NCBI GenBank assembly: GCA_964248365.1
Contig: CAXTYC010000003.1
Span: forward strand, 1 to 64,000
Direction of reading: 5' to 3'
DNA length: 64,000 nt
Source of the DNA: an uncultured Chroococcidiopsis sp.
GTDB taxonomy: Bacteria > Cyanobacteriota > Cyanobacteriia > Cyanobacteriales > Chroococcidiopsidaceae
Every line of letters starts with the position of its first letter. Position 1 is the first letter of the stretch. Below the pieces are notes generated by a model. That model saw only the letters and a list, made by a program, of their open reading frames with translations, did not search any database and had not been told where the DNA came from. Both the position numbers and the translations under genes were made by a program. Below are positions 39,354 through 49,363 of this stretch, in pieces.

Positions 39354-42300
39354 ATGAACAACGGCAAAGTAAGAATTTACGATCTATCAAAGGAATTGAA
39401 TTTGGATAACAAAGAGCTTTTAGCCATTTGCGACCAGCTCGATATTGCAGTGAAAAGCCATAGCAGCACAATCACCGAAGGTGAGGCAGAGCGAATCCGC
39501 AAAGCAGCAGAAAAACAAATTGCTACCATGCCAGCCTCTAATAAAGAATCAACTGCCAACAACAATAAACCAAACTCACAACAAGTAACAACCAAAGCGA
39601 AACCAAGACCACAAATCGTGCCAAACAAACAACAAATCTTGGAAATTCGTAAACCTAAAAATTTAGACCGCTCCAATCCAAATTTCCCAGAAGCTCCAGC
39701 TGCCGTAGCGCCCCCACCAGTCCGCCCCGTAGCTACTACACCTCCGGCGGCGCGGACGGCAGTACCAAATGAATCAGACCGTCCTCCCATTGAGGCACAA
39801 ACAAATTTAGCAGGTGCTAAAACAGATACTGCTAATGGTAATCGAAACGAACCACCAGCAGTTTCATCTGGGGCTAAGCAGCCAGAACGCCCGCGACTAT
39901 CTTCGCCGCCAAGTAGACCTGCCCCTGTTGGAGCTTCAATTGGGGGCGTAACTAGAGCAGAGCGACCGATTCTCAAGCGCGAGCAAGTCACTCCTCAACC
40001 TAGCCAGCCGACAGAAACACCTACGGTGGCTAAAGGAGAAAAGCCAGCTCGTCGCTCACCAACAGCCCCAAGCTCGGAGCCAGTAGCGAGCAAGCCCAAA
40101 CCTGTTGTAGAACTACAACGCCCCAAACCAGTGAGGACAAACGAACCAGTCACTGCCATTGCGCCCGTTCGCTCAAAAGCAGGTGTAGGGGTTCAACCAG
40201 GCGCAGTTGATGAAGACGAAGTAGTAGATGGTGCAGTAGAAATATCTGATGCACAACCCCTACTAAAACGTCCATCGCTGCCTCGCCTAGTGGGTAAAGG
40301 CGGCAAAAAATGGCAAGAAGAAGAAATTGACGAAGGACAAGATTCAGTCAAGGCGGGTAAGGCAGGCACTAAGGCAAAACGCCTGAAGCCAATGATCGAT
40401 CTAGAAGATGAAGAAGAATTGAATGATGATGAGCTAGATATATACGCTCCCATCCAAGTCAGCTTGTCTGTAGCTCGTCCGCCCAAACAAAAGGCTGTAG
40501 GTCGTCCAGGGCAAACAGCCCCAGCAGCAGCGGCTGTCTTACCAGGAACTGCGGTTAGAAGTAAAAAGTTTGGGAGTTCCAAGGAAAACCGACGAGGGCG
40601 CGAACCAGAACAGAAGCGCGAACGCCCAGAAAAGCTGGTAGTAACGGGCAACATGACCCTGCAAGAACTAGCTGAAGCTTTGGCAACGCCGGATACAGAA
40701 ATCGTCAAAATCCTGTTCCTCAAAGGCATGGCGGTAAGTATCACCCAAAACTTGGATATTCCCACAATTACCTTGGTAGCCAACGAGTTGGGAGTCGAAG
40801 TTGAAACCGCTGAGCCAGAAGCGGAAGCGCGGAAAGTTACAGAAATGGTGGATGCAGCAGACCTGGAAAGTCTCCAACCTCGTCCGCCAGTGGTGACAAT
40901 CATGGGTCACGTAGATCACGGTAAAACTACCCTGCTCGATGCGATTCGCAAAACAAAAGTCGCTCAAGGCGAAGCAGGCGGTATTACCCAGCATATTGGA
41001 GCTTACCACGTTGATGTAGAAAACGATGGTCAAATCCAACAGGTGGTATTCCTAGATACTCCAGGTCACGAAGCCTTCACAGCTATGCGGGCGCGGGGAG
41101 CGCGAGTTACAGACATCGCAATACTTGTGGTAGCAGCTGATGATGGTGTACGTCCCCAAACTGTAGAAGCGATTAGCCATGCCCAAGCTGCCCAAGTGCC
41201 AATTATTGTGGCAATCAACAAAATTGATAAAGAAGGCGCTCAGCCGGATCGGGTGAAACAAGAGCTAACGCAGTATAACTTGACTCCAGAAGAATGGGGT
41301 GGAGATACGATTATGGTTCCCGTCAGCGCGCTCAAGGGAGAAAACCTAGACTCGCTGCTGGAGATGATTCTGCTGGTGGCAGAGGTAGAAGACCTGTATG
41401 CTAACCCAGATCGTCTAGCAAAAGGAACGGTAATCGAAGCTCATCTGGATAAGGCAAAAGGACCAGTTGCTACGCTGTTAATTCAGAATGGTACGCTCAG
41501 AGTGGGTGATACCCTCGTGGCAGGCTCTGCCTTTGGTAAGGTAAGGGCAATGGTTGACGACCGAGGGCAGAGAGTCGAAGCCGCTAGTCCATCCTTTGCC
41601 GTAGAAGTACTCGGCTTGAGTGATGTGCCAGCAGCTGGGGATGAGTTCGAGGTCTACCAAAACGAAAAAGAAGCCAGGGCGATCGCCAGCGACAGAGCAG
41701 ACAAACAACGTCAATCTCGTCTGTTGCACGGACGCGCTACCCTCACCACCTTGTCCGCTCAAGCTCAAGAAGGCGAGTTGAAAGAACTCAACTTGATCCT
41801 CAAGGCAGACGTACAAGGTTCATTAGAAGCCATCATTGGAGCGCTCAAACAACTGCCACAAAACGAAGTACAAATTCGGATGTTGTTAGCTGCACCTGGG
41901 GAAATCACCGAAACAGATATCGACCTAGCAGCCGCCAGTAACGCAGTGATCATCGGATTCAACACCACCCTTGCCAGCGGAGCTAGACAAGCCGCTGATG
42001 AAGCTGGGGTAGATGTACGCGAATACGATATCATCTACAAGCTGCTAGAAGACATCCAAGGCGCGCTAGAAGGTCTTCTAGAGCCAGAATTGGTGGAAGA
42101 ACCACTAGGTCAAGTCGAAGTGCGTCAAGTCTTCCCCGTCGGAAGGGGCAAAATTGCTGGCTGTTACGTCCTGTCTGGCAAAGTAGTGCGTAACTGTAAA
42201 GTGCGGATCAAACGAGGCAGTAAGGTGATCTATGAAGGTACACTCGACTCGCTCAAACGCATGAAAGAGGATGCCCGCGAAGTCAACGCCGGATATGAGT

Positions 42301-42401
42301 GCGGTATCGGCATTGATAAATTCAATGACTGGGTAGAGGGCGACATCATCGAAGCCTACCAAATGGTAACGAAGCGCCGCACCCTCTCAGCTACCAAGTA
42401 G
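39354..42401 (+). CDS. infB: Translation initiation factor IF-2
   Basis: [25 protein letters not shown] and NKID motifs; N-terminal [11 protein letters not shown]. Confidence 0.98.
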   Translation: MNNGKVRIYDLSKELNLDNKELLAICDQLDIAVKSHSSTITEGEAERIRKAAEKQIATMPASNKESTANNNKPNSQQVTTKAKPRPQIVPNKQQILEIRKPKNLDRSNPNFPEAPAAVAPPPVRPVATTPPAARTAVPNESDRPPIEAQTNLAGAKTDTANGNRNEPPAVSSGAKQPERPRLSSPPSRPAPVGASIGGVTRAERPILKREQVTPQPSQPTETPTVAKGEKPARRSPTAPSSEPVASKPKPVVELQRPKPVRTNEPVTAIAPVRSKAGVGVQPGAVDEDEVVDGAVEISDAQPLLKRPSLPRLVGKGGKKWQEEEIDEGQDSVKAGKAGTKAKRLKPMIDLEDEEELNDDELDIYAPIQVSLSVARPPKQKAVGRPGQTAPAAAAVLPGTAVRSKKFGSSKENRRGREPEQKRERPEKLVVTGNMTLQELAEALATPDTEIVKILFLKGMAVSITQNLDIPTITLVANELGVEVETAEPEAEARKVTEMVDAADLESLQPRPPVVTIMGHVDHGKTTLLDAIRKTKVAQGEAGGITQHIGAYHVDVENDGQIQQVVFLDTPGHEAFTAMRARGARVTDIAILVVAADDGVRPQTVEAISHAQAAQVPIIVAINKIDKEGAQPDRVKQELTQYNLTPEEWGGDTIMVPVSALKGENLDSLLEMILLVAEVEDLYANPDRLAKGTVIEAHLDKAKGPVATLLIQNGTLRVGDTLVAGSAFGKVRAMVDDRGQRVEAASPSFAVEVLGLSDVPAAGDEFEVYQNEKEARAIASDRADKQRQSRLLHGRATLTTLSAQAQEGELKELNLILKADVQGSLEAIIGALKQLPQNEVQIRMLLAAPGEITETDIDLAAASNAVIIGFNTTLASGARQAADEAGVDVREYDIIYKLLEDIQGALEGLLEPELVEEPLGQVEVRQVFPVGRGKIAGCYVLSGKVVRNCKVRIKRGSKVIYEGTLDSLKRMKEDAREVNAGYECGIGIDKFNDWVEGDIIEAYQMVTKRRTLSATK

Positions 42402-42487
42402 TGATTAGTGGAACCAGTGACTAGTGACTAGAAAAACCAGCCACTGGTTCCACTGGTTCCACTGGTTCCACTGGTTCCACTACCTAT

Positions 42488-43087
42488 ATGCGCTCATTTT
42501 GGTCTGAACCAATCTTGTGGATTCATTTAGCTGGGCTAGCAACGCTGCCCATTTTTTTAGAAATCTGCTTGTTAGGATTGGCTGTAGGCGATCCCGTCTT
42601 ACCAGTGTGGTTAGAATTTTCTCTGGTTGCTGCTATTGGTGTTGTACCAGTGTTGTGGGTACAACTGCGGCGACCTTTTTCCATCTTCGCTATCATTGGG
42701 CTAGCCCAAAAGCCAGAACAGCTAAGTGAGCAGCAAAGAAAAATTCTTAGCCGAATTAATACTGGGGCAAATCGGCTGCTAGCAGTAGGGGCAGCTATAT
42801 TTTTAATGGTAGTATTATGGCAGCTCTATAGAGTTGCCCCAGTTGGCACAACTGTTACCCCATTTCCACCCACATGGCGATGGGCAGGATTACTGATAGC
42901 AGGATTAGCTTTTTTAGCTAGCAATATATTTTTACAAATTCCTGTCAGTGTGGCACGAGTTTTCGTTACCAGCGAAACAGAATTTGCCGCTACAAAACCT
43001 TATCCTTTAGAAAGAATACCTGAAGATTTTACTATTGTAGGATTGCAGGTAGATCAAATATTGCCCCCACTACAATCAGACGGTTAA
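42488..43087 (+). CDS. Cyanobacterial membrane protein (low-complexity-tail family)
   Basis: SFWSEPILWIHLAGLA N-terminus; four TM segments; directly after infB. Confidence 0.7.
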   Translation: MRSFWSEPILWIHLAGLATLPIFLEICLLGLAVGDPVLPVWLEFSLVAAIGVVPVLWVQLRRPFSIFAIIGLAQKPEQLSEQQRKILSRINTGANRLLAVGAAIFLMVVLWQLYRVAPVGTTVTPFPPTWRWAGLLIAGLAFLASNIFLQIPVSVARVFVTSETEFAATKPYPLERIPEDFTIVGLQVDQILPPLQSDG

Positions 43088-43107
43088 ACCGCAAGCAATG
43101 AGGAATT

Positions 43108-43311
43108 ATGGCTCATCCGGCTACTGACACTTGCCAATTCTCTGAAGATAGCCAAATTTGGCACGAACTCAAATCTGCGATCGCCGCAAGTTCCGGCTTC
43201 CAACGCTGGCGGCTAGAGCAAATGTCATTTAACTGTCAAATCCAAAATTTGAGCCTCGACAACCAAGTACGCCGTTATTTACGTGAAACCTTGGAAACAC
43301 TAGCTTACTAG
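43108..43311 (+). CDS. Small hypothetical protein
   Basis: GAGG SD; WHELKSAIAASSGFQRW and VRRYLRETLETLAY motifs. Confidence 0.7.
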   Translation: MAHPATDTCQFSEDSQIWHELKSAIAASSGFQRWRLEQMSFNCQIQNLSLDNQVRRYLRETLETLAY

Positions 43312-43999
43312 ATTTTGAGTGTAGGGGCGTTGAGGGGCTGTAATGACTGGTTTTTCCGTATATCTGTTGAAATAGAAATATTTTGGTCAAACTCCTTTGC
43401 CAGGGAGGGTTGTTTGGGGTAGTGTGTGTTTTGCTAGAAGTATTTGGTGTTATCGCCCCTACTATGAAGCCAAGCTCTTCTTGAATAAATCCTTGCAAGC
43501 GCAGGAGTAGACGATATGTATCCTCTAGGCGATCGCCTTCTATTTGCACATCCGCTGTAGGGTAGTTTTGAAGTACTTCGATTAGACTCAAAGAGTGATC
43601 GCGATTGGCAGAAAGAATCAAAGCAGATCGCAAAGCTTGTCGATCCGCCCGACGGGATCGAGTGTGAATCGTTTGACTGATTTCATCTAATATTAAATTA
43701 CCAGCAGGATTATTTAATACACGGTCTAGTAAAACTGGATTAACTTTCACTGGTGTGGTTAAAAACTGGCGAAGTAGTTGAGGATTTTGTCGTGCTAGGG
43801 CGAAGTTAACCCGCAACGAAGAAGACAAATCACCTGTTTCGGCAAAATTGGTCAATTCTTCAACCTCAAGCGATTGGCGAAAGACACGGTACTTCAGCAC
43901 TACTCGTTCGGCTGCGATCGCACTGCTGCTAGAAAACAAAATACAAACACTGGTCACGAAAATTAAAGCCAGACGCAGTGACCAAAAATGTAGGCGCAT
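43229..43999 (-). CDS. DUF1400 (alpha/beta-hydrolase-associated) exported protein
   Basis: Signal peptide then AAERVVLKY; ALRSALILSA and LIEVLQNYPT motifs; the last ~80 codons look non-conserved. Confidence 0.75.
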   Translation of the reverse strand: MRLHFWSLRLALIFVTSVCILFSSSSAIAAERVVLKYRVFRQSLEVEELTNFAETGDLSSSLRVNFALARQNPQLLRQFLTTPVKVNPVLLDRVLNNPAGNLILDEISQTIHTRSRRADRQALRSALILSANRDHSLSLIEVLQNYPTADVQIEGDRLEDTYRLLLRLQGFIQEELGFIVGAITPNTSSKTHTTPNNPPWQRSLTKIFLFQQIYGKTSHYSPSTPLHSKSSKLVFPRFHVNNGVLGCRGSNFGFDS

Positions 44000-44289
44000 T
44001 TTCTACCTTTGTCAACCTCTATTTTAATAACGTTACGTAAGCATACTTAGTTGCACCACCAAAAGTTAGTAATTCGTATTTTGGTAATGGGTAATTATTA
44101 GGGTAAGGGTAAGAGGTATTGCGGTAAAAGCGAATTGCTTACCTAAGCCCTCTACCCCTACCCTTTTTTCTACCAATTACCAATTACAGCTACTCGCTAA
44201 TCGCTTTTTGTAAAGAAAAGTAACAAGTTTTTGCATTTTGGCGCAGCGATTGCCTTACTGTAATTGCTGATCATGACCAATGCCAACGT

Positions 44290-46038
44290 ATGAAATGCTC
44301 GGATTCTCAAACTTACCAGTCCACAATTTTTAACGCCCTGCAAACAAAAATTTCATCTACTCAGGCTTGGCGGACAGGATTAACAGCTTTGTTAGTTGTT
44401 GCTAGTGGGATAGTGTCGGAAGATGCGATCGCATCCTCAGTACAGCCTAATGAAACCTTCTTCGCTCAAACCCCTACACCCCAAGTTCCAGCAAGTCCAA
44501 CCCAAAACCAAACACTACCCGATACTCGTACAAACAACCCAACTCAAACCCCGCCAACGACCGCACCAGCTCCCACTGGTGCTAATGTAGTTTACGTCAA
44601 CCCACAGACTGGTTCAGACAGCGCCGGATCTGGCACAAGTCAAGCAACCCCCTTCAAGACAATTACCGCCGCCCTGAATCAAGCGCAACCAGGTACAGTG
44701 ATTCAACTGGCTCCTGGTAACTATACCAGTGAAACTGGCGAAGTCTTTCCACTGGCTATCAAACCAGGTGTGACGCTGCGAGGCGATGAATCTACCAAAG
44801 GTCAAAACGTTGTCATTAATGGCGGTGGTAACTATGTCAGTCCCACCTTTGCCCGTCAGAGCGTGGCAGTACTAGCTGGGAAAGATAGTACTATTAGCGG
44901 TGTCACGGTCACTAACACAAATACACGAGGTACAGGGCTGTGGATTGAATCAACAAATCCCACAGTTACGAACAACACATTTACCAACAATAATCGAGAT
45001 GGCGTTTTTGTCACTGGTACAGCTACGCCCAGAATTGAGGCAAACGTTTTTACCAAAAACGGTGGGAATGGCATTTCAGTAGCCAGAGCAGCAGCAGGAG
45101 AAATTCGTAACAACTTGTTTCAAGAAACAGGCTTTGGACTGGCGATTGGTGGCACATCATCGCCCTTAGTGACAGACAACCAAATTAGACAAAACAAACA
45201 GGGTATATACGTTTCAGAATCTGCTCGTCCCATCCTGCGTAATAACGTGATTGAAAAGAACAGCCAGGACGGAATTGTAGCCACCATTAATGCTCAGCCG
45301 GATCTCGGCACGGCAGAAAGTCCAGGTCAAAATAGCATTCGGGGCAATAAGCGCTATGACGTTTATAACTCCACTCGTGGTAATACCTTGCTGGCTGTTG
45401 GTAATGATATCGATCCCAAAAAGATTTCCGGCAAAGTTGATTTTGTTGCTGCTCAAATTGCCCTACGAGATATCAAGGGTTTGTGGGCGCAACCTTATAT
45501 TGAAGCCCTAGCAGCCCAAAAAATTATCGCTGGGTTTCCCGATGGCACGTTTAGACCAGATGAGCCAGTGACACGCGCCCAGTTCGCTACCATTGTCAGC
45601 AAAGCCTTTTCGCCACAACCACAGCGTCCGGCAGTTAATTTCAAAGATGTCAGCCCCAAGTTTTGGGCTAATCAGGCAATTCAAACCGCTTACAGAGGTG
45701 GTTTCGTAGCTGGGTATCCTGGTGGTTTGTTTCAACCACAGCAGCCAATTCCTAGGGTACAGGCGCTAGTTTCTTTAGCCAGTGGTTTGAAATTAAGCGC
45801 TAATAATCCGAATGCTATTTCTGTTTATGCTGACGCTGCTCAGATTCCTGATTATGCCACTGGAGCAGTTGCGGCAGCAACCCAACGGCAATTGGTTGTG
45901 AATTACCCGACACCCAAACAATTAAATCCCAACCGAGAAGCTACGAGGGCTGAAATCGCCGCTTTTGTCTATCAGGCATTGGTGAATGCTGGACGCGCTA
46001 AACCGATCGCTTCTCCGTATTTGGTAAGCCTTCCTTAA
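44290..46038 (+). CDS. DUF1565 / beta-helix protein with three SLH domains
   Basis: YVNPQTGSD...PFKTITAAL; parallel beta-helix repeats; GFPDGTFRPDEPVTRAQFA-type SLH repeats. Confidence 0.88.
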   Translation: MKCSDSQTYQSTIFNALQTKISSTQAWRTGLTALLVVASGIVSEDAIASSVQPNETFFAQTPTPQVPASPTQNQTLPDTRTNNPTQTPPTTAPAPTGANVVYVNPQTGSDSAGSGTSQATPFKTITAALNQAQPGTVIQLAPGNYTSETGEVFPLAIKPGVTLRGDESTKGQNVVINGGGNYVSPTFARQSVAVLAGKDSTISGVTVTNTNTRGTGLWIESTNPTVTNNTFTNNNRDGVFVTGTATPRIEANVFTKNGGNGISVARAAAGEIRNNLFQETGFGLAIGGTSSPLVTDNQIRQNKQGIYVSESARPILRNNVIEKNSQDGIVATINAQPDLGTAESPGQNSIRGNKRYDVYNSTRGNTLLAVGNDIDPKKISGKVDFVAAQIALRDIKGLWAQPYIEALAAQKIIAGFPDGTFRPDEPVTRAQFATIVSKAFSPQPQRPAVNFKDVSPKFWANQAIQTAYRGGFVAGYPGGLFQPQQPIPRVQALVSLASGLKLSANNPNAISVYADAAQIPDYATGAVAAATQRQLVVNYPTPKQLNPNREATRAEIAAFVYQALVNAGRAKPIASPYLVSLP

Positions 46039-46131
46039 GAGAGTGGCTTAGTAGTTAGACAATAAATTATGAATGATGAATGCAGCAATTTTAAATACAT
46101 AATTCATCATTCATAATTGATCATTTAAATT

Positions 46132-47313
46132 ATGTATTTAAAAAGTCTACATCTGAGGCATTTTCGTAACTACCAAGATCAGCAAGTTGATTTTATTGCG
46201 CCAAAAACAATTTTGGTAGGTAATAATGCTCAAGGAAAATCGAATTTGTTGGAAGCGGTGGAATTGCTGGCGACGTTGCGATCGCACCGAATGGCGCGCG
46301 ATCGTGATCTAGTGCGGGAAGGAGAAGCCGCAGGACAAATTACTGCCACTCTAGAGCGTCAAACTGGCATTGTTGACCTCGCTCTTACATTACGCCGTCA
46401 AGGTCGTCGTAGTGTTGCGCTCAATAGCGAGTACTTGCGGCGACATCTGGATTTTTTGGGTGTTTTGAACGCTGTACAGTTTTCCAGCCTAGATTTAGAA
46501 CTGGTGCGAGGGGGACCAGAACAACGCCGCCACTGGATAGATACGCTGTTAATTCAACTTGAACCTGTTTACGCCTATATATTACAGCAATATAACCAGG
46601 TGTTGCGACAGCGAAATGCTTTGCTCAGAAGGAGTCAGGAGTCAGGTAGGGGCGGGTTTAACCAGGATATTAGTGGGACGACAAGCAGGCTAACAAACCC
46701 GCCCATACAGGAAGAGTTGGAGGTGTGGAATGCTCAACTTGCAGCTGTGGGTTCAAGGGTGATTAGAAGGCGATCGCGTGCTATAGAAAGATTAGCTCCA
46801 ATTGCCACTGCTTGGCATACCAGTATTAGTGATAGTACAGAAATATTGCAAGTAAAATACGCGCCGAATGTTCCTTTCACCCAAAATCATCCCGAACAAG
46901 TGCAACAGGCTTTTTTAGAGAAAATTGCCACAAGAGCGATCGCGGAACAGCATCAAGGTACAACTCTGGTAGGTCCCCATCGAGATGAAATTGAGCTAAC
47001 GATCAACCAAACTCCAGCACGTCAATATGGTTCGCAAGGTCAACAGCGTACCTTAGTCTTAGCACTCAAGCTAGCAGAACTCAAACTAATCGAAGAAGTC
47101 ATCGGAGAACCACCGCTTTTACTTCTAGATGACGTACTAGCTGAACTCGACCTTAACCGCCAAAACCAACTTTTAGAAGCAATTCAAGACCGCTTTCAAA
47201 CCCTGATTACCACCACTCATTTAGGTTCATTCGACTCTCAGTGGCTCAAAGCATCGCAAATTCTAACAGTTGAGGCGGGACACCTATCACCTCATTCCAT
47301 GCCCAGATTGTAG
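46132..47313 (+). CDS. recF: DNA replication/repair protein RecF
   Basis: [24 protein letters not shown] and [11 protein letters not shown] motifs. Confidence 0.97.
   Translation: MYLKSLHLRHFRNYQDQQVDFIAPKTILVGNNAQGKSNLLEAVELLATLRSHRMARDRDLVREGEAAGQITATLERQTGIVDLALTLRRQGRRSVALNSEYLRRHLDFLGVLNAVQFSSLDLELVRGGPEQRRHWIDTLLIQLEPVYAYILQQYNQVLRQRNALLRRSQESGRGGFNQDISGTTSRLTNPPIQEELEVWNAQLAAVGSRVIRRRSRAIERLAPIATAWHTSISDSTEILQVKYAPNVPFTQNHPEQVQQAFLEKIATRAIAEQHQGTTLVGPHRDEIELTINQTPARQYGSQGQQRTLVLALKLAELKLIEEVIGEPPLLLLDDVLAELDLNRQNQLLEAIQDRFQTLITTTHLGSFDSQWLKASQILTVEAGHLSPHSMPRL
46646..46708. mobile_element. 63-bp palindromic element inserted in frame in recF
   Basis: Ends GTAGGGGCGGGTTT and AAACCCGCCCATAC (13 of 14 complementary). 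Confidence 0.7.
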
Positions 47314-47359
47314 CCACCCATGCCCACCACATAGAACCCACCACATAGAAATAATAAAA

Positions 47360-47623
47360 AATCATGCGCAGAAGAGACGTAATATATTACGTCTCTTCTA
47401 TGTTGGTTGCCCCTTCGTAAATTCCCTAGGACTAGATCGATCAACTCCAGCGGTCACGGCTAGGGTCGCTCATGTACTTCACGGAAGTCCCCCTGAAATA
47501 GCGACCCTAGCCGTAAGACCGCACAGTCAAGATCGGGCTAGTGATTGCATGATCGAGCTAAACGCAAGGACAGCGATCCACCGTCCAAATTGCAAGGCTG
47601 TTTCCCAACATTAGCGCGTGATT
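47360..47623 (-). ncRNA. Retron-like msr/msd non-coding RNA
   Basis: Terminal inverted repeat; G-U-containing stem at 47568-47586; long hairpin 47431-47542 with a perfect 15-bp core; starts 2 nt after the SWIM stop codon. Confidence 0.7.
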
Positions 47624-47625
47624 CG

Positions 47626-49263
47626 TCAGTATTGACGAGCGTGTTGCATTCGCAACGCGAGAATGTGTTCGCAAGGACCCTTATACAGCTTATTCTGTAT
47701 GTGCCAATTGCAACTACATTCTGCGTTTATTATACGCTCATCTGCATCAACTGTCAAGGCTGGGTTGTAGGTTTTTTCCCGCTCTTTGACACTGCCTTGC
47801 AGGGTAAACGCGCCTGTTGCATCACTGGTTACAGATTTTACCTCTACATTGTTGTAAACCAAGAAACGAGTTGCTTTTTCTTCTCGTTCATTGGCAAAAC
47901 GCAGCCTTTCCATTGGTAAAGGTTTGCGGCTGAGTTCTCGCACTCGATAAACTTGCTTATTCAAGTCATAAATGGCACGTCCGGCTTGGGTATATGCCCC
48001 TAAAGCACCAAGAATTACAACTCGGTTTAAACCTAGCCTTTGTGCCAGACTATCAGGGCTTTCTACCCAATTCTTCTTCAGTTGGTCAAAAATGTGCTGC
48101 TGTGTCCATTTATCTACATCAGCACGAGGAGCCATTAAGTCAAAGTTACCAGATTGTGACCAATCGTTTGCCGTCCAGCCTGATAAACCGAGGGTAAAGG
48201 ACATATCGCCTAAGTCGGCGACATAAAAAGAAGGCATACCCGTACCCAGCAGGTGAACAGTAAACTTTTTGGCGATGGGGATGAGACGTTCTAAAATATT
48301 TATACGACGACGACCCCAAACGCGAATTTCTTGTTCTTGTGTACCAGTGTAAGGCGATCGCGGACACACTACTTCAATTCCCCAAGGATCGAATATCACC
48401 CGCACTGGTTGCCCTGGTGTAAGATGATAGCGCATACTGCGTGGTCCTTTCTTTTCTTTGTGACGACGCAAGACAAAGCAGATATTGTGAATATCCATCG
48501 GATGCAAATCAAACCGCGTCGCTGGTAAAGACATGGCGGAACTAACTTGCAAAAAGCCTCTTACCCAACTATCAGGTAAATCGATTTTGACTTCTTTAAA
48601 ATCCTCTTCATTGGTAGTTTGAACTTCAAAGCCTGATGGATCAATTTCAAATTTGGTAGTCTTATAACTGCGGATTTTTTGAAACTCATCATACAGGGCG
48701 GCTGAGTAGTCGATATTGGTAGTACCGCAGGCAAATTCGTTGATATTTTTAAATACTTCGTAACTAGCACTCAGTCGCCCATAACTTGATTCATCTTGAC
48801 TGAAACATTCAAAAAAGACTTCATCAGGATGAACTGTAATTACTGGATCTAGGACAAACCAAGCATCTCGATCTTTTTGATAAAGATAATCAAAGTAGCG
48901 GCGTTGTGCTTTGTAGAAAGGTTCTCTGCGTTGGTAACTATTTTGATTTAGATGATTGAGTTCTGATTGTAATGATTTGATGCGATCGCTTACTTCTTTG
49001 CGTTGGGCTGCTACTAATTGCCAGTCTATTTCTTGTTGCTTAGCTGCCCATTCTTTGTACGCTGTTTTGTCTTTTGGTTTGAATCGTAAGTCTGAGACTA
49101 CGACGTTATGTAAGGCGCTAATTGCTTCACGAAATGCTACGTTTTGGCGTAATTCTCCGATAAAATATGTTGGTGGGCGCTTGGTGTCTGGGGAGAATGT
49201 CATCTGGGTATTAGCGCCGTCGTTAATTGAGGTATTTCCTTTGTAGGTGTAGTTGAATTCCAT
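47626..49263 (-). CDS. SWIM zinc-finger protein (type XIII retron-associated family)
   Basis: C-terminal CSC...GPCEH SWIM motif; LDPVITVHPD, FECFSQDESSY, GTTNID and WVRGFLQV blocks. Confidence 0.85.
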   Translation of the reverse strand: MEFNYTYKGNTSINDGANTQMTFSPDTKRPPTYFIGELRQNVAFREAISALHNVVVSDLRFKPKDKTAYKEWAAKQQEIDWQLVAAQRKEVSDRIKSLQSELNHLNQNSYQRREPFYKAQRRYFDYLYQKDRDAWFVLDPVITVHPDEVFFECFSQDESSYGRLSASYEVFKNINEFACGTTNIDYSAALYDEFQKIRSYKTTKFEIDPSGFEVQTTNEEDFKEVKIDLPDSWVRGFLQVSSAMSLPATRFDLHPMDIHNICFVLRRHKEKKGPRSMRYHLTPGQPVRVIFDPWGIEVVCPRSPYTGTQEQEIRVWGRRRINILERLIPIAKKFTVHLLGTGMPSFYVADLGDMSFTLGLSGWTANDWSQSGNFDLMAPRADVDKWTQQHIFDQLKKNWVESPDSLAQRLGLNRVVILGALGAYTQAGRAIYDLNKQVYRVRELSRKPLPMERLRFANEREEKATRFLVYNNVEVKSVTSDATGAFTLQGSVKEREKTYNPALTVDADERIINAECSCNWHIQNKLYKGPCEHILALRMQHARQY

Positions 49264-49363
49264 ATTTTAGATGGGATTGGTTGGGGGGAAAGATTAATTT
49301 TGACGAACCGCAGAGGCACAGAGAACGCAGAGGTAAGAATAGAGAGGAGATAGGAAGTGTATT

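Noticed and set aside
39377..40903. Long antisense ORFs (204 and 236 aa) within infB
   Set aside because: Antisense shadows of the low-complexity IF-2 N-terminal region
47246..47365. Short minus-strand ORF after the ncRNA as an RT remnant
   Set aside because: Translation ([23 protein letters not shown]...) has no RT features, derives partly from the tandem duplication and overlaps recF
47270..47919. Plus-strand ORFs of 114 and 124 aa across the recF-SWIM gap
   Set aside because: They overlap real genes and lack motifs; the region is better explained by RNA structure on the minus strand
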